Virus record (IMG/VR): IMGVR_UViG_3300033146_003163
Span: 1-60,180 of that record
DNA: 60,180 bases
Origin: a virus
Taxonomy: Duplodnaviria > Caudoviricetes
Reading direction: 5' to 3' (one strand)
Below, in pieces: positions 9,448 to 19,462 of this stretch (positions are counted from its first letter, which is position 1; each line of letters starts with the position of its first letter). Below the pieces are notes generated by a model, which was not told the origin of the DNA, searched no databases, and was given only the letters and a program-made list of their open reading frames with translations. The translations under genes were made by a program, and so were the position numbers.

Positions 9448-10563
9448 ATGGATATACAAAAATTCCAAAAGTCTGAATATAAGGATATTCGGACCCTCGT
9501 AAAAGAGGCAGAAGCCTTGCGGGTAGATCCTAAAACTCCTGTTGACGTTACCTTTGCGGAGATGGTTAAAACCAAACACAATGTTGACATCGATACGTTT
9601 TACGAATCTCTTGGCGTTGACCCCGCTTTTGACACGATCTCTAACCTGTTTACATCCCCCGATGCGGATGTTCGTTGGTTAATCCCTGAAATCTTCCGCG
9701 ATGCACTTCGCTTGGGTTACCGTAAAGCCCCAATCTGGCCGAGTATCACTGCCGTTGAAGAGAACACAACCGGTCTTTCACAAATCGTTCCTTCAGTGAA
9801 CATGAGTGATGCCACCCCTAAGAAAGTGGGTGAAGGTGAGACTATTCCTTTGGGAACAATCTCTTACCAGTCGAAACAGTTTTCCATCCATAAGTATGGA
9901 CGTGGTATCAAAATTACCGATGAGGTTGCACAGTACGTTTCACTTAACGTTGTTGCCCTTTATCTCCAGGACTTTGGGGTTAAGATGGGTATGGGAGTTG
10001 ACACTCTTGCCATCGACACTCTGATTAACGGTGAACAGGCTGACGGTTCTGAAGCTGCTCCTGTTATTGGAGTTAAAACTGCCGGTACCCTCACTTTCCG
10101 GGATATTTTGAAAATCTGGATTCGTATGAGTGCCATTGGCCGTATGCCGAAACTTATGATCGGTGGAGAAGACATGGCCCTTGAGACTTGGGACCTTCCT
10201 GAGTTTAAAAAACGTACTGTAAACGGTAACAACCCGGACGGTGCTCCTGTTGCCCGCTTGAATGTTAATACCCCATTACCACAGGGAGCTGACTATTACA
10301 TTCATGGTCTTATCGGTGCCGATCAGCAACTGGTCGTTGACCCCAGTTCTGCTTTGCTTAAGCTTAACGCTCAGCCTATGAAAGTTGAATCTGAAAGGAT
10401 CGTATCTAATCAGAGCTCTGCTTTTTACGCTTCTTTCACCACTGGCTTTGCCAAGATGTTTACCGATGCCTGCTTGATTCAGGATATGAGCAAAGACTTT
10501 GCAAACTTCCCATTCCCACCGGAGATGGATTACTATGCTTTGCAGCATGTTTTAATGGACTAG
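9448..10563 (+). CDS. Major capsid protein (HK97 fold)
   Basis: 371 aa; LIPE, VGEGETIP, KYGRGIKITDE motifs; followed by a strong stem-loop. Confidence 0.9.
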   Translation: MDIQKFQKSEYKDIRTLVKEAEALRVDPKTPVDVTFAEMVKTKHNVDIDTFYESLGVDPAFDTISNLFTSPDADVRWLIPEIFRDALRLGYRKAPIWPSITAVEENTTGLSQIVPSVNMSDATPKKVGEGETIPLGTISYQSKQFSIHKYGRGIKITDEVAQYVSLNVVALYLQDFGVKMGMGVDTLAIDTLINGEQADGSEAAPVIGVKTAGTLTFRDILKIWIRMSAIGRMPKLMIGGEDMALETWDLPEFKKRTVNGNNPDGAPVARLNVNTPLPQGADYYIHGLIGADQQLVVDPSSALLKLNAQPMKVESERIVSNQSSAFYASFTTGFAKMFTDACLIQDMSKDFANFPFPPEMDYYALQHVLMD

Positions 10564-10586
10564 TCGTCCAGAATTGAAAATTAGTT

Positions 10587-10640
10587 AAAAAGGGGGTTGA
10601 AGAGGGCACGGTAGTCCACCTCGGGATACTCCCTTTTTTT
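10587..10640 (+). terminator. Intrinsic (possibly bidirectional) terminator after MCP
   Basis: AAAAAGGGGGT...ACTCCCTTTTTTT stem with an inner GAGG/CCTC stem. Confidence 0.7.
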
Positions 10641-10667
10641 AGTATTACACTTTAAAAACAAAAGAAA

Positions 10668-10997
10668 ATGTCGAAAGTAACAGTAAAATTGGGAAATGGT
10701 CTAAAACACTTTTTTGATATGACCACAGGAGTCTCCGTATTCCCCGGAGAGACGAAGAAAGTTAATTACAATAACTCCAAGGTGAAAGCGGCTTTGGCTG
10801 TTGGTACCCTCATTCGGGCCGGTAAAGTAGAGGAGGAAAACAAATCACAGGACCCTCTCATGGCCAAGACTCGTAAAGATATCATGGAAGAGTATGGATT
10901 CCTCGCTGAGGAGGACTTAGCTAAGGCTGAGAAATGCTCAACAAAAGCGGATCTCGTAGCATTCCTCCGTGAAGTAGAAGGAGATTACGAAGACTAA
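10668..10997 (+). CDS. Hypothetical virion/head-completion protein
   Basis: 109-aa ORF after MCP with A-rich start. Confidence 0.6.
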   Translation: MSKVTVKLGNGLKHFFDMTTGVSVFPGETKKVNYNNSKVKAALAVGTLIRAGKVEEENKSQDPLMAKTRKDIMEEYGFLAEEDLAKAEKCSTKADLVAFLREVEGDYED

Positions 10998-11008
10998 AAT
11001 AATTCGTT

Positions 11009-11779
11009 ATGCTTTATAGATTTGCGATGAAATTTGAGGGTTTAGAGATAACCCTCACAGATATTACTAACTACCCAGTAGGGAGCAATCCGGATTTAAC
11101 TTCCTGGAAGATTAGTAGTCCTACAGATGGGACAAGTCCCATTGAGTCAGACGAAAACCCCTTTACAAACCCCTTAGCCCCTGAGAAGCATTACTTCATA
11201 GAGATGCTTTTAAAGGCTACTACAGAGGTTGTAAGTTCGGTAGAAGTAGTGACTACTTCATCGCAAATCTATCTCTTTCAACCTATCGACCAGACTGTAG
11301 AATTACTCTTACCCGGTTACACGGTTCCACAAGAAACCTTTGACAGGTTAAAGAGGAGATGGCAGACTGTAATAGGCCCCGTTGCTGGAGTTCCCCCTGA
11401 GTATACCTACGATGAGACTAAATACCCCGTACAGGCTAATATGCTTATCAGTTATTTAATTGTACGGGATATCTTAGTTACCAGTGCTAACAAGATGCTC
11501 CTAGATTCCACTTCTGGAGGGGGTGCTACTACTAAGATAGTAACAGGGCCCACAGAAGTAGACTTCTCTGATCCTGAAAAAGTGATAGAGGCTTTATTGG
11601 GGGATGGTATGCCCTTTGAAGTATTCATGTCTCAGCTTTGTGGTTTAGCAAGGCTATATGAGATCCATTTCCACGGTTGTTCCGGTTCCCCCTATAAGTT
11701 TACAGTATTCTATACTTCTGATTATTCCTATGAACATCGCTACATAAAAGCTCCAGAATTTATTAAAAAGCCCGTATAA
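11009..11779 (+). CDS. Putative head-tail adaptor
   Basis: Synteny; TKIVTGPTEVDF strand resembles adaptor proteins. Confidence 0.55.
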   Translation: MLYRFAMKFEGLEITLTDITNYPVGSNPDLTSWKISSPTDGTSPIESDENPFTNPLAPEKHYFIEMLLKATTEVVSSVEVVTTSSQIYLFQPIDQTVELLLPGYTVPQETFDRLKRRWQTVIGPVAGVPPEYTYDETKYPVQANMLISYLIVRDILVTSANKMLLDSTSGGGATTKIVTGPTEVDFSDPEKVIEALLGDGMPFEVFMSQLCGLARLYEIHFHGCSGSPYKFTVFYTSDYSYEHRYIKAPEFIKKPV

Positions 11780-12228
11780 TGCCTATCCCTTGGAAAACTT
11801 ACGATGAAGTTTTAGAGAAGTTTTCTACCGAGAACTTTAAAGAGACACTTATTTGGGAAAAGAAGATATCTGGGATTTCTAGATACGGAGAAGGAAGCCC
11901 GATTAGGAGACAGTCTTATGAAGTGAATTGCTTGGTAGACTGGAACTTTTATAGAAGGTGGCCAATTAACAAGCCTGACAATGATGGTTTACAGGATGAA
12001 CAACACTGCTCAGTCTACATCCATAGAAGTGAACTACAGAGATTAGGGCTACTTACCCCAGAGGGTAACCCGGACTTAGATCCCGGTTTAGACCTGTTTA
12101 AGATTGATGGGGTTAAGTATGTATCCGCTGGAGATACTACCGTAGCACAGTCTCTATCTAGCCCTCAGTTCTGTCTCTTAATTTTAAGAAGAGCTCCAAT
12201 ACTAACTGGTCAAAAATCCCGCCCATAA
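11779..12228 (+). CDS. Putative head-closure/neck protein
   Basis: Synteny; beta-rich with D-x-F-x-I-D-G-V-K-Y motif. Confidence 0.55.
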   Translation: MPIPWKTYDEVLEKFSTENFKETLIWEKKISGISRYGEGSPIRRQSYEVNCLVDWNFYRRWPINKPDNDGLQDEQHCSVYIHRSELQRLGLLTPEGNPDLDPGLDLFKIDGVKYVSAGDTTVAQSLSSPQFCLLILRRAPILTGQKSRP

Positions 12229-12800
12229 TGAATCCCGAAAGAATAGGTTCTTATGTAAGACGCCTTAACTTTAATTCCGCTTTAGGAAACGTAGAGTTTG
12301 AATTTCAAGGGGACTGGCTAAAGCTGGATAAGTTTATACAGTACATGGGAGGAAAGAAGAGAAGCCAAAGTATTAAACGAGATTTAGCAAAAGCCCAGAG
12401 GGACTGGTTTCAACGATTTAAAATAAAATTGGTAAACGGGTTACTATCAGAGGGGTCTTCTATAGGGGCACCCTTTGAGGAGCACTCTCCTAACTATACT
12501 GATGGGGGTCCTTCTATAGGTATTCGAAAAGGTATTTACCTGGATGCTTTAAGGAACCTTAGGATTATACAAAAGAATTACATAATCTCCCTATCGTATT
12601 ATCCAGGAGACCTTCATAGGAGATCCCGTTCTAAAGGCCTCCCCTTAGCTGGGTACGCTATGGCTTTTGAACATGGGAAGTTTGACCAACCTCCCCGGCC
12701 CCTTTGGGCCCCCACTTTTGAACGGATGGGAGGCGGTCAAAACATGGTTAAGGTTATGCGAGGAGCCATTGCTTTACGGTTATCTAATATGGGTATTTAA
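12228..12800 (+). CDS. Putative tail-completion/neck protein (HK97 gp10-like)
   Basis: YAMAFEHG..QPPRPLWAPTF motif. Confidence 0.65.
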   Translation: MNPERIGSYVRRLNFNSALGNVEFEFQGDWLKLDKFIQYMGGKKRSQSIKRDLAKAQRDWFQRFKIKLVNGLLSEGSSIGAPFEEHSPNYTDGGPSIGIRKGIYLDALRNLRIIQKNYIISLSYYPGDLHRRSRSKGLPLAGYAMAFEHGKFDQPPRPLWAPTFERMGGGQNMVKVMRGAIALRLSNMGI

Positions 12801-12801
12801 G

Positions 12802-13482
12802 ATGGGGTTACAATTACAACACATAGAAAGAAGTATATTTGAGGCAGTTAGACTACGGGCTGTAGCTTTGGGTTGTACCCCAGACATTACTACTTTCCCA
12901 GATACCCCTTTAGGTTTGCAACAGTATCAGCAAGCACTATCTCAAATACTTTCCTCTAAGGGATTCGCATTCGAGATTTTCGGAACTGAGGCCCCCTATT
13001 TTAGAGGACAGGAGAAATTTGCAAGGATAACTTTAAATCACAATTCTCTAATCCCTGGTGAGTACGGTATAGACCCAGGAGGAGAGTTAGTACAGGAAGG
13101 AACAGAGTTCCACAGAGTATTTTCGAATAACCTAGTTTACGAATACTACTTAGACTGTATCCTTTTGGCAGATAGCCAGGCAGTTCTACGAATAGGACAA
13201 GATATTCTATATGGGGCTTTGCCCGTTATGGGCTACTTACCCTTTTACCCAGAAGTGGATGAAGACCCTTTTCTCATGAAGTTAGATACCGTAACATCTT
13301 TGAACAAAGATTCCACGGGGTTCATGGGGAAGACTTTAACATACCTAGTCCCAGATGTATTTATCTCTGAAGATATTTCTGAAAATACTCCAGTAGTACC
13401 ATTAACGGAGATCACTTTAGAGACTACCCTTTCTCAGTATTTAGGGATTGGGGCATTAACAACTGAACTTCTTATTAAATAA
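12802..13482 (+). CDS. Putative tail terminator protein
   Basis: Directly before the sheath gene; ATG at 12802 immediately after the previous stop, so the track start at 12667 is probably over-extended. Confidence 0.55.
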   Translation: MGLQLQHIERSIFEAVRLRAVALGCTPDITTFPDTPLGLQQYQQALSQILSSKGFAFEIFGTEAPYFRGQEKFARITLNHNSLIPGEYGIDPGGELVQEGTEFHRVFSNNLVYEYYLDCILLADSQAVLRIGQDILYGALPVMGYLPFYPEVDEDPFLMKLDTVTSLNKDSTGFMGKTLTYLVPDVFISEDISENTPVVPLTEITLETTLSQYLGIGALTTELLIK

Positions 13483-13500
13483 TCATAAAACCTTTAAAAA

Positions 13501-15033
13501 ATGTCAAAGAATACAGCTAACGTTTCCATTAACGTTATTAACAAGGCCCAATCTGTAGCTACCCCATCGCTGGGAGTTATATTCGTGGCAGGGGAGACTG
13601 ATTACGGTATCCCGAACAACCCCGTAGATGTTATCACATCTGTTCCCCAATTCGAGAAACTATATGGGAGTCTGAGTAAACACTCCGATTTTCCGTTGCT
13701 TTGTGAGCTCGCTATCCAAGCCGGTGCCAAACTCCGGGTATGTAAGATTGTAGGTGCTGCTGCACACCCCGCAAGTCATGGGATTGAGAATGACACAGGG
13801 GAATTGCTGGCCACTATTACTACTAAAGGTAAGGGGTCCATCTACAATACTATGGACCTGGTTATCATGAAGGCTACTAACCTTGACCCGAATTGCTTTA
13901 ATTTGGTTCTTACCATAGTTCTTCCTTCTCCCGGTGGTGATATTACTATCCAAGAGGTTTATGAGAACCTTGAGGCTCCCACTAGCGATGCTCCTCCATA
14001 CACTTGGCTTAAGCCCATCGTAGATGGCTCTGACCTTGTCACTGTAACCTATGCCGACCTTACGGGAGTAACAGGTTCATTTATCCCATTCCAAATCGCT
14101 GTAAAACTTACAGGGGGTGCTGATGACTTCGCTCTTGCTGCTGCTGACTATACAGGTAGCCCTACCTTAAGGACTGGGTTCCATTCGTTCGACCCCTATG
14201 AAGAAGCCTTTATCATTTCCGCTCCTGCTGTTACTGAGGCCGAGATCACGGGTATCTATGGAGCTGGCCAAGCCTATGCTGCCTTACGTAAAGACCTTGT
14301 TTACTTTTACCCCTTTGCAAATTCCCTTAACACTGCTACTGACATTGTAACCCATCTTGAAGGCCTTACAGCTTCTAAGTACGTGGGTTCTTTTGGAGGG
14401 GGAGTTAAAGTGGTTGATGCTTTAGAGGGTGGGGTTAAAGAAACCCTTTCTACTGGAGAGTTGCTGGGCATTGTAGCCACTTCTCATTCCTTCAACGGAC
14501 CTTGGATCTCAGCTACTTCTTATGTTAATGGGATCTTTAACCAGGCTCTTGGAGTAGTGAATAACTTTGGGTCTCCTGCCTCTATTGCCGATTTAAATCT
14601 TATCGCAAACGCCGGAGGAAATATGGTAGTTAACAAGGCTGGTTCTATTATGCAGTGGGACTTCTATACAATGGACACTGCTGAATCTCCCGAGAAATTT
14701 TTAACCATTATGTTTTTAGAGATTTACTTACGGAAGTCCCTTAAACCGATGCTGGAAAGGTTCTTAGGTAAACCCAATACGTTCAGTACTTGGGAAGAGA
14801 TCTATTACACAGTTCTCCCATTCCTTACTAACTTGGTAGACCAGGAAGCTTTATATGAGTTCAAATGGGATGGTGACCAGTTTGCTAAGTCTCTGGATGA
14901 CCTTAAAATCAACGATCCGGATGATGTAGGGTTAGGAAAATACAAGATTCAGTTACAGATTAAAACTGTTGCTCCAATGGTAGAGATCTCTCTGGATATT
15001 ATCCTCACAAAGAACTCTGTAGAGTTTGAGTAA
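13501..15033 (+). CDS. Contractile tail sheath protein
   Basis: 510 aa; FVAGETDYG..ITSVPQFEKLYG N-terminus, LTGGAD, FLGKPN, C-terminal VAPMVEISLDI. Confidence 0.9.
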   Translation: MSKNTANVSINVINKAQSVATPSLGVIFVAGETDYGIPNNPVDVITSVPQFEKLYGSLSKHSDFPLLCELAIQAGAKLRVCKIVGAAAHPASHGIENDTGELLATITTKGKGSIYNTMDLVIMKATNLDPNCFNLVLTIVLPSPGGDITIQEVYENLEAPTSDAPPYTWLKPIVDGSDLVTVTYADLTGVTGSFIPFQIAVKLTGGADDFALAAADYTGSPTLRTGFHSFDPYEEAFIISAPAVTEAEITGIYGAGQAYAALRKDLVYFYPFANSLNTATDIVTHLEGLTASKYVGSFGGGVKVVDALEGGVKETLSTGELLGIVATSHSFNGPWISATSYVNGIFNQALGVVNNFGSPASIADLNLIANAGGNMVVNKAGSIMQWDFYTMDTAESPEKFLTIMFLEIYLRKSLKPMLERFLGKPNTFSTWEEIYYTVLPFLTNLVDQEALYEFKWDGDQFAKSLDDLKINDPDDVGLGKYKIQLQIKTVAPMVEISLDIILTKNSVEFE

Positions 15034-15066
15034 TCATTTAAGTAATAACCTTTAAAAAATATTATT

Positions 15067-15609
15067 ATGCCTGTAATTAAAAATCCCAGGAAGAAGTTTA
15101 ACTTTAGGATCACCATCCTGACTAATCCCGTTCTTCCTGTTTTTGCAGCTCAACAAGTTACTACACCGGACATTGAGGTGGAGGCTGTTGAACATGGTTT
15201 TGCGAATACCGTTTTAAAGACTGCGGGTCTTGTAAAAGTTGGTACTCTAAAAATTGACCGAATCATCTCTATGCTACCGGCAGATGGCCAAGCTTTTATC
15301 CGGTGGCAACAGAATGCCCAGAATGCTATCACCCAAACTGGGGGTGACCCAGAAGACTATAAACAAATAGTAAAGATAGAAGAGTATGCCCAGTATAATC
15401 AAGGGAACGTTGAGGTAATCGATACTTACTATGCTATTGGATGTTGGCCTCAAAAAATAAATGGAAGAGAGTATGACAGGACTGCTTCTGAAAATGTAGT
15501 AGAGTCTATAGAATTAGCCGTAGACTACTTGTCATTAAACATGACATTTTTACTGGCAGTTCTGCCAAGGATTATGAAACCATCAACACCTTCATCTCTG
15601 GGATTATAG
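15067..15609 (+). CDS. Tail tube protein (T4 gp19-like); last ~23 aa probably spurious
   Basis: NPRKKFNF, TAGLVKVGTL, GCWPQKI, SENVVESIELAVDY; see the junction at ~15540. Confidence 0.85.
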   Translation: MPVIKNPRKKFNFRITILTNPVLPVFAAQQVTTPDIEVEAVEHGFANTVLKTAGLVKVGTLKIDRIISMLPADGQAFIRWQQNAQNAITQTGGDPEDYKQIVKIEEYAQYNQGNVEVIDTYYAIGCWPQKINGREYDRTASENVVESIELAVDYLSLNMTFLLAVLPRIMKPSTPSSLGL

Positions 15610-16211
15610 TAGGAGGAGATTTAGGATCAAGAGTATCACCTACTGCAGTAATGGGTATGTTACTTAGAGATAAGTATTACCTTTTATTAGCTTCCAGGAT
15701 ATTTTCACTAAGTCCTATCCTGTACTTCAAACATACATGGATGGAAGGAGCTGAACCTTTAGAATACGATGTAGATTTAGAGCAGTACATTTGGGACTAC
15801 ACTAAACCCTTTCCTACTATTGGTTCCCCCGATTATTTTGACCAACGTATTCCCCCTTACCCTGAAGGAACCGATGGGTGGGTATACTTCTCTTTGGGAG
15901 ACCACGAGGCCCGTTTTAAGTTTTTAGACGGGAAAGGAGAGGCCTATCTATTAGACCTTCCGGCTAACAAACGCAGTATTAATCAGCAATTCTCTGCCCG
16001 TGAGCTCCAGGTTAAGACAGGAGATTCATGGGAATTAGTTAGGAACTTCGGGTACTTCAGTGCCAGGGATATGGTTATTCTTAGAAGTAAGTTAGCTGAG
16101 TCTGATCCAGAGATACAAGGCCTGGTTATTATTAGTAACCCTTATACTGGAGAGGAAATCCCTATGTCTATTTTGGGGATCGTGGATTTTTTCTTCCCAA
16201 CGAGGATTTAG
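15543..16211 (+). CDS. Tail assembly chaperone, N-terminus apparently missing
   Basis: Frame of the 15651 ORF is open and protein-like from ~15543 (DIFTGSSAKDYETINTFISGII...) but has no ATG there; lies between tube and tape measure. Confidence 0.65.
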   Translation, partial: DIFTGSSAKDYETINTFISGIIVGGDLGSRVSPTAVMGMLLRDKYYLLLASRIFSLSPILYFKHTWMEGAEPLEYDVDLEQYIWDYTKPFPTIGSPDYFDQRIPPYPEGTDGWVYFSLGDHEARFKFLDGKGEAYLLDLPANKRSINQQFSARELQVKTGDSWELVRNFGYFSARDMVILRSKLAESDPEIQGLVIISNPYTGEEIPMSILGIVDFFFPTRI

Positions 16212-16360
16212 AGGGGGTTTATTTTAACTTATGCTTGGCCAAGTTAAGCTTAACTTGGACTGAGTTTTTATCTTTTGGTATGTCTAGGATAGCAAGGTTC
16301 AAGGCTTTATCTGACTCATATTTTGATGCTCAGCATAAAGCCCTTTCTAAGCCTTCCTAG
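16187..16360 (+). CDS. -1 frameshift extension of the tail chaperone (G/GT-type)
   Basis: In-frame slippery heptamer T TTT TTC at 16187-16193; -1 frame open to TAG at 16358-16360, 15 nt before the tape measure. Confidence 0.75.
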   Translation, partial: FFLPNEDLEGVYFNLCLAKLSLTWTEFLSFGMSRIARFKALSDSYFDAQHKALSKPS

Positions 16361-16375
16361 TTCTAAATTCTCGTT

Positions 16376-18364
16376 ATGTTATTAGGAAGCAACAATAAAA
16401 CCCTAGCTCTAGGGATTAGAGTATTTCTTAAGGATGAGTTTTCTGGGCCTACCAGAAATATGACGGATGCGTTACGTGGTTATAAGAAGGAGTTCTTAGC
16501 TTTTCAAGAGAACCTTCGAGTAGCTCGTAACGCTTCTGCTGTGATAGCTACTACAGGGGCCCTACTCACTAAGGGTATGGTATCTGCAGTAAACCAGGGG
16601 GCAGACTTCTTATATATCATGAAAGGGGTCCAAGCTATTACTAGTGCCACTCGGTCCGCTTTAGAGGCCTCATCCAAATTGGCTATGCGAATTGGTAGAG
16701 AGACTATGTTTACTCCCGAAGAGGTTGCTTCCGGTATGCGTTTTATGGCTATGGCTGGTCAACAGCTTTCTACTATTAATTCCACTATCCGAGCAGCAAC
16801 TAACCTTGCTGGTGCTACTATGACTAGGTTAGGGGGTAAGATGGGAGCTGCTGATATCTTAACAAATACTTTAAAAGCTTTCGGATTAGCAGACCGAGAG
16901 TCCTCTTATGTCGCTGACCTTTTGACTAAGGCTGCTACCAGTGCTAACGTAACTCTGAATGACTTAGGTAACTCTATTAAGTACGTGGCAGCTACTTCAC
17001 GAAACCTAAACATCCCAATGACCGAGACCATTGCTGGGTTAATGGCTCTAGGTAATGCGGGTATCTTTGGGAGTATGGGAGGTACTAGTTTAGAGAATGC
17101 TTACAGGTATCTAGCGAACTCTTTATCCCCCAGCGCTACTAAAAAGGCTAAAGCTGCTTGGGCTAGTTTGGGCTTAACCCGGAAGGACATTACTTCTACT
17201 AAGGGAGACCTATTACCCATATATGAAGTGATGGCAAAGATACAGAATAAACTAAAATCAATAGGCTCTATCCCAACACAGAATATCCTTAAAGACATCT
17301 TTGGAGTAAGGGGCCAAAAGGCTGCTGCTACTTTGATGCGTAATTTATCCCAATACGAGGGCTTTGTCCATTTACTAAGACGATCTAGTGGGACTGCCCA
17401 AGAGAAAATGTCAATGATGATGGATGAGGTAAAAGGGGATATCTTAAAACTTACCTCTGCCCTGTCTGGTTTACAAGTGTCTTTTGCCAAGGCAGTAGGC
17501 CCTACCTTCAGGTCATTTGTACGGGGTTTGACTACAGTAGTTACTAAGTTGTCAGACTTCTTGTCTACTCCCTTTGGGTCTTTCTTAGCCAAGCTGGCTA
17601 TGGGGATTACTGCTACTGTGACTGCCGTTGCTGTTCTTAGATTAGGGATCCACTCTCTTATCTATTCTCTAAGGATGTTATCTGCTACCTCCAAGGGTAT
17701 GCAAGCTTCCACTAGGTTTATGGTAAACGCTTTACTTGGGAGAGCGACTTTTACGGGTACTAATCCTGTTGTTCCTCCAGTAGGCCTCCAGTCTTCCCCT
17801 GTTAGGAATGTTGCTGGGTTCCCAAGTACCTGGGTCCAGCGTAGTGGGTACAGGTACCAACGGTACAACACCCCCACGGGTAGAGCCCCATCTTGGAGTG
17901 TTAAACCTCTTATGATTTCGGGTATGCCCAGGTTAGTCGCTGCTACTAGTAGAAGTACCTCTATTCTAACAGGGTTAGCTAGTGTAGGAAAAGGTATTCT
18001 AGGATTCTTTGGAGGCCCAGTAGGACTAGCTTTTACAGCACTGTCCTTCGCTATGCCCTTTATCATAGATGCTTTATCCGATAACACTAAAGCTACAGAA
18101 GAAAATACACAGGCTTTAAAGAAGGAGACTCCCTCTGCTAATGCAAACCTTTTGTTTGAAGCTTTAAAAGGGATGTCAGTTGATGAGATGGCTACAGCTT
18201 TGATAAATAAATTTGATGAATTGATCCGTTCTAACCAAGCCCAGGCAGAGGCTTTTAAAGAAGCTATAGAAAACTCTGATTTCTTATCCATCGCTAGTAT
18301 TTATGCGGGGACTAATGCGGGTCAGTTAGAACCAACTTTCCAAGGAGGACTGCCAGATGAGTAA
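16376..18364 (+). CDS. Tape measure protein (TP901-type core)
   Basis: TMFTPEEVASGM..AMAG, ADLLTKAA, GSMGGTSL, IFGVRG; Ala/Gly-rich. Confidence 0.9.
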   Translation: MLLGSNNKTLALGIRVFLKDEFSGPTRNMTDALRGYKKEFLAFQENLRVARNASAVIATTGALLTKGMVSAVNQGADFLYIMKGVQAITSATRSALEASSKLAMRIGRETMFTPEEVASGMRFMAMAGQQLSTINSTIRAATNLAGATMTRLGGKMGAADILTNTLKAFGLADRESSYVADLLTKAATSANVTLNDLGNSIKYVAATSRNLNIPMTETIAGLMALGNAGIFGSMGGTSLENAYRYLANSLSPSATKKAKAAWASLGLTRKDITSTKGDLLPIYEVMAKIQNKLKSIGSIPTQNILKDIFGVRGQKAAATLMRNLSQYEGFVHLLRRSSGTAQEKMSMMMDEVKGDILKLTSALSGLQVSFAKAVGPTFRSFVRGLTTVVTKLSDFLSTPFGSFLAKLAMGITATVTAVAVLRLGIHSLIYSLRMLSATSKGMQASTRFMVNALLGRATFTGTNPVVPPVGLQSSPVRNVAGFPSTWVQRSGYRYQRYNTPTGRAPSWSVKPLMISGMPRLVAATSRSTSILTGLASVGKGILGFFGGPVGLAFTALSFAMPFIIDALSDNTKATEENTQALKKETPSANANLLFEALKGMSVDEMATALINKFDELIRSNQAQAEAFKEAIENSDFLSIASIYAGTNAGQLEPTFQGGLPDE

Positions 18365-19196
18365 TAATACACAATACCTGTATTCATGTCGCCCCTTAGT
18401 ATACGGGGATAGTACTTTAGCTAGTTTGGCTTTAGGGCCTTTGATAGCTGCTCCCCTAGTGGGTTACACTGTTAGGTTACACAAATACTTTTTAGGATCA
18501 CGTAGGAGAGAGGCCTTAGAAAAACTATCTGCTAAGTTGGACCGTCGGGATAAAACAGACTACTCCAGCTTCTTTAAACAGGGGCCCTTGGAATACCCTA
18601 AGGCTACTACACCTGAACCCCGTGAACTTTATGTAGAGACTCCCATCCGTATTATCCGCCCAGAGTCTTTGGCTATTCACATTGTAGACCCTTTCAAAGC
18701 TGCCCAGGAGGGGGCTAGGCCTTACATAGTTTTAGACTTTCCCCCTAAAGAATTATCAATAGATATAAAAAGCGACTTCGCTGCTGTAAAGATACTGGGA
18801 GCTAATAACCCTCATTATCACTATGGTGGTAGTGAGGACACTATTACGTTAGAAGTAGACTGGTATCACTTTGCTAGAGGAAGCCAAAAGAACTCTGTAA
18901 TTGAGAAGTGCCGGGCTTTAGAAGCTTTGACTAAGGCTGATGGCACTCGGAGACGTCCCCCGATTATCTATCTACAGTGGGGAGTTAAGAACCCAATCTT
19001 CCGCAACCACTTCTTTGTCATGACTTCTGCTTCATACAAGCTGCGTAACTTCACTAATACCTTATTAGCTAGCACCCGTAACCCCAATCAGGGATTGAAC
19101 AATGAGGGGGGAATGCTTCCCTTGTATGCTACTCAGACTGTGGTATTAAAAAGGGTAACTCCCCACTCTTTAACTTGGAAGGAGATATTACAATGA
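18357..19196 (+). CDS. Tail tube initiator / baseplate tube-like protein
   Basis: P-x-E-L-S..GANNPHYHYGGSEDTI..PPIIYLQWG..P-L-Y-A motifs; follows TMP. Confidence 0.7.
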   Translation: MSNNTQYLYSCRPLVYGDSTLASLALGPLIAAPLVGYTVRLHKYFLGSRRREALEKLSAKLDRRDKTDYSSFFKQGPLEYPKATTPEPRELYVETPIRIIRPESLAIHIVDPFKAAQEGARPYIVLDFPPKELSIDIKSDFAAVKILGANNPHYHYGGSEDTITLEVDWYHFARGSQKNSVIEKCRALEALTKADGTRRRPPIIYLQWGVKNPIFRNHFFVMTSASYKLRNFTNTLLASTRNPNQGLNNEGGMLPLYATQTVVLKRVTPHSLTWKEILQ

Positions 19197-19462
19197 TCTA
19201 TGAAAAAGGTTACATAATAACCCATGAGGATAGCACTAAATTCTTAGGGTCAGCTCTGACTATATCCCCATCAATAGTAGGAAAGAAACCTTACATTACT
19301 ATGGAGGGGGATACGCTATTTCGTATAGCTAACACCCAATTCCAGGATACTAGATCTTGGTATGATATTGCTTTGTTAAACCCGGACCTTCCGGACCCTA
19401 TCGTCATTCCGATAGGAACCACCTTATTCCTACCCGTATATGGTAAAACTTCCCGTAGTTGA
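19193..19462 (+). CDS. LysM/tail-X-like baseplate protein
   Basis: YITMEGDTLFRIA..WYDIALLNP..IPIGTTLFLP. Confidence 0.85.
   Translation: MIYEKGYIITHEDSTKFLGSALTISPSIVGKKPYITMEGDTLFRIANTQFQDTRSWYDIALLNPDLPDPIVIPIGTTLFLPVYGKTSRS

Noticed and set aside
17101-18291. Long antisense ORFs in the tape measure gene (and similar ones in the collagen and sbcC genes)
   Set aside because: Shadow frames caused by codon bias and repeats; no independent motifs or starts
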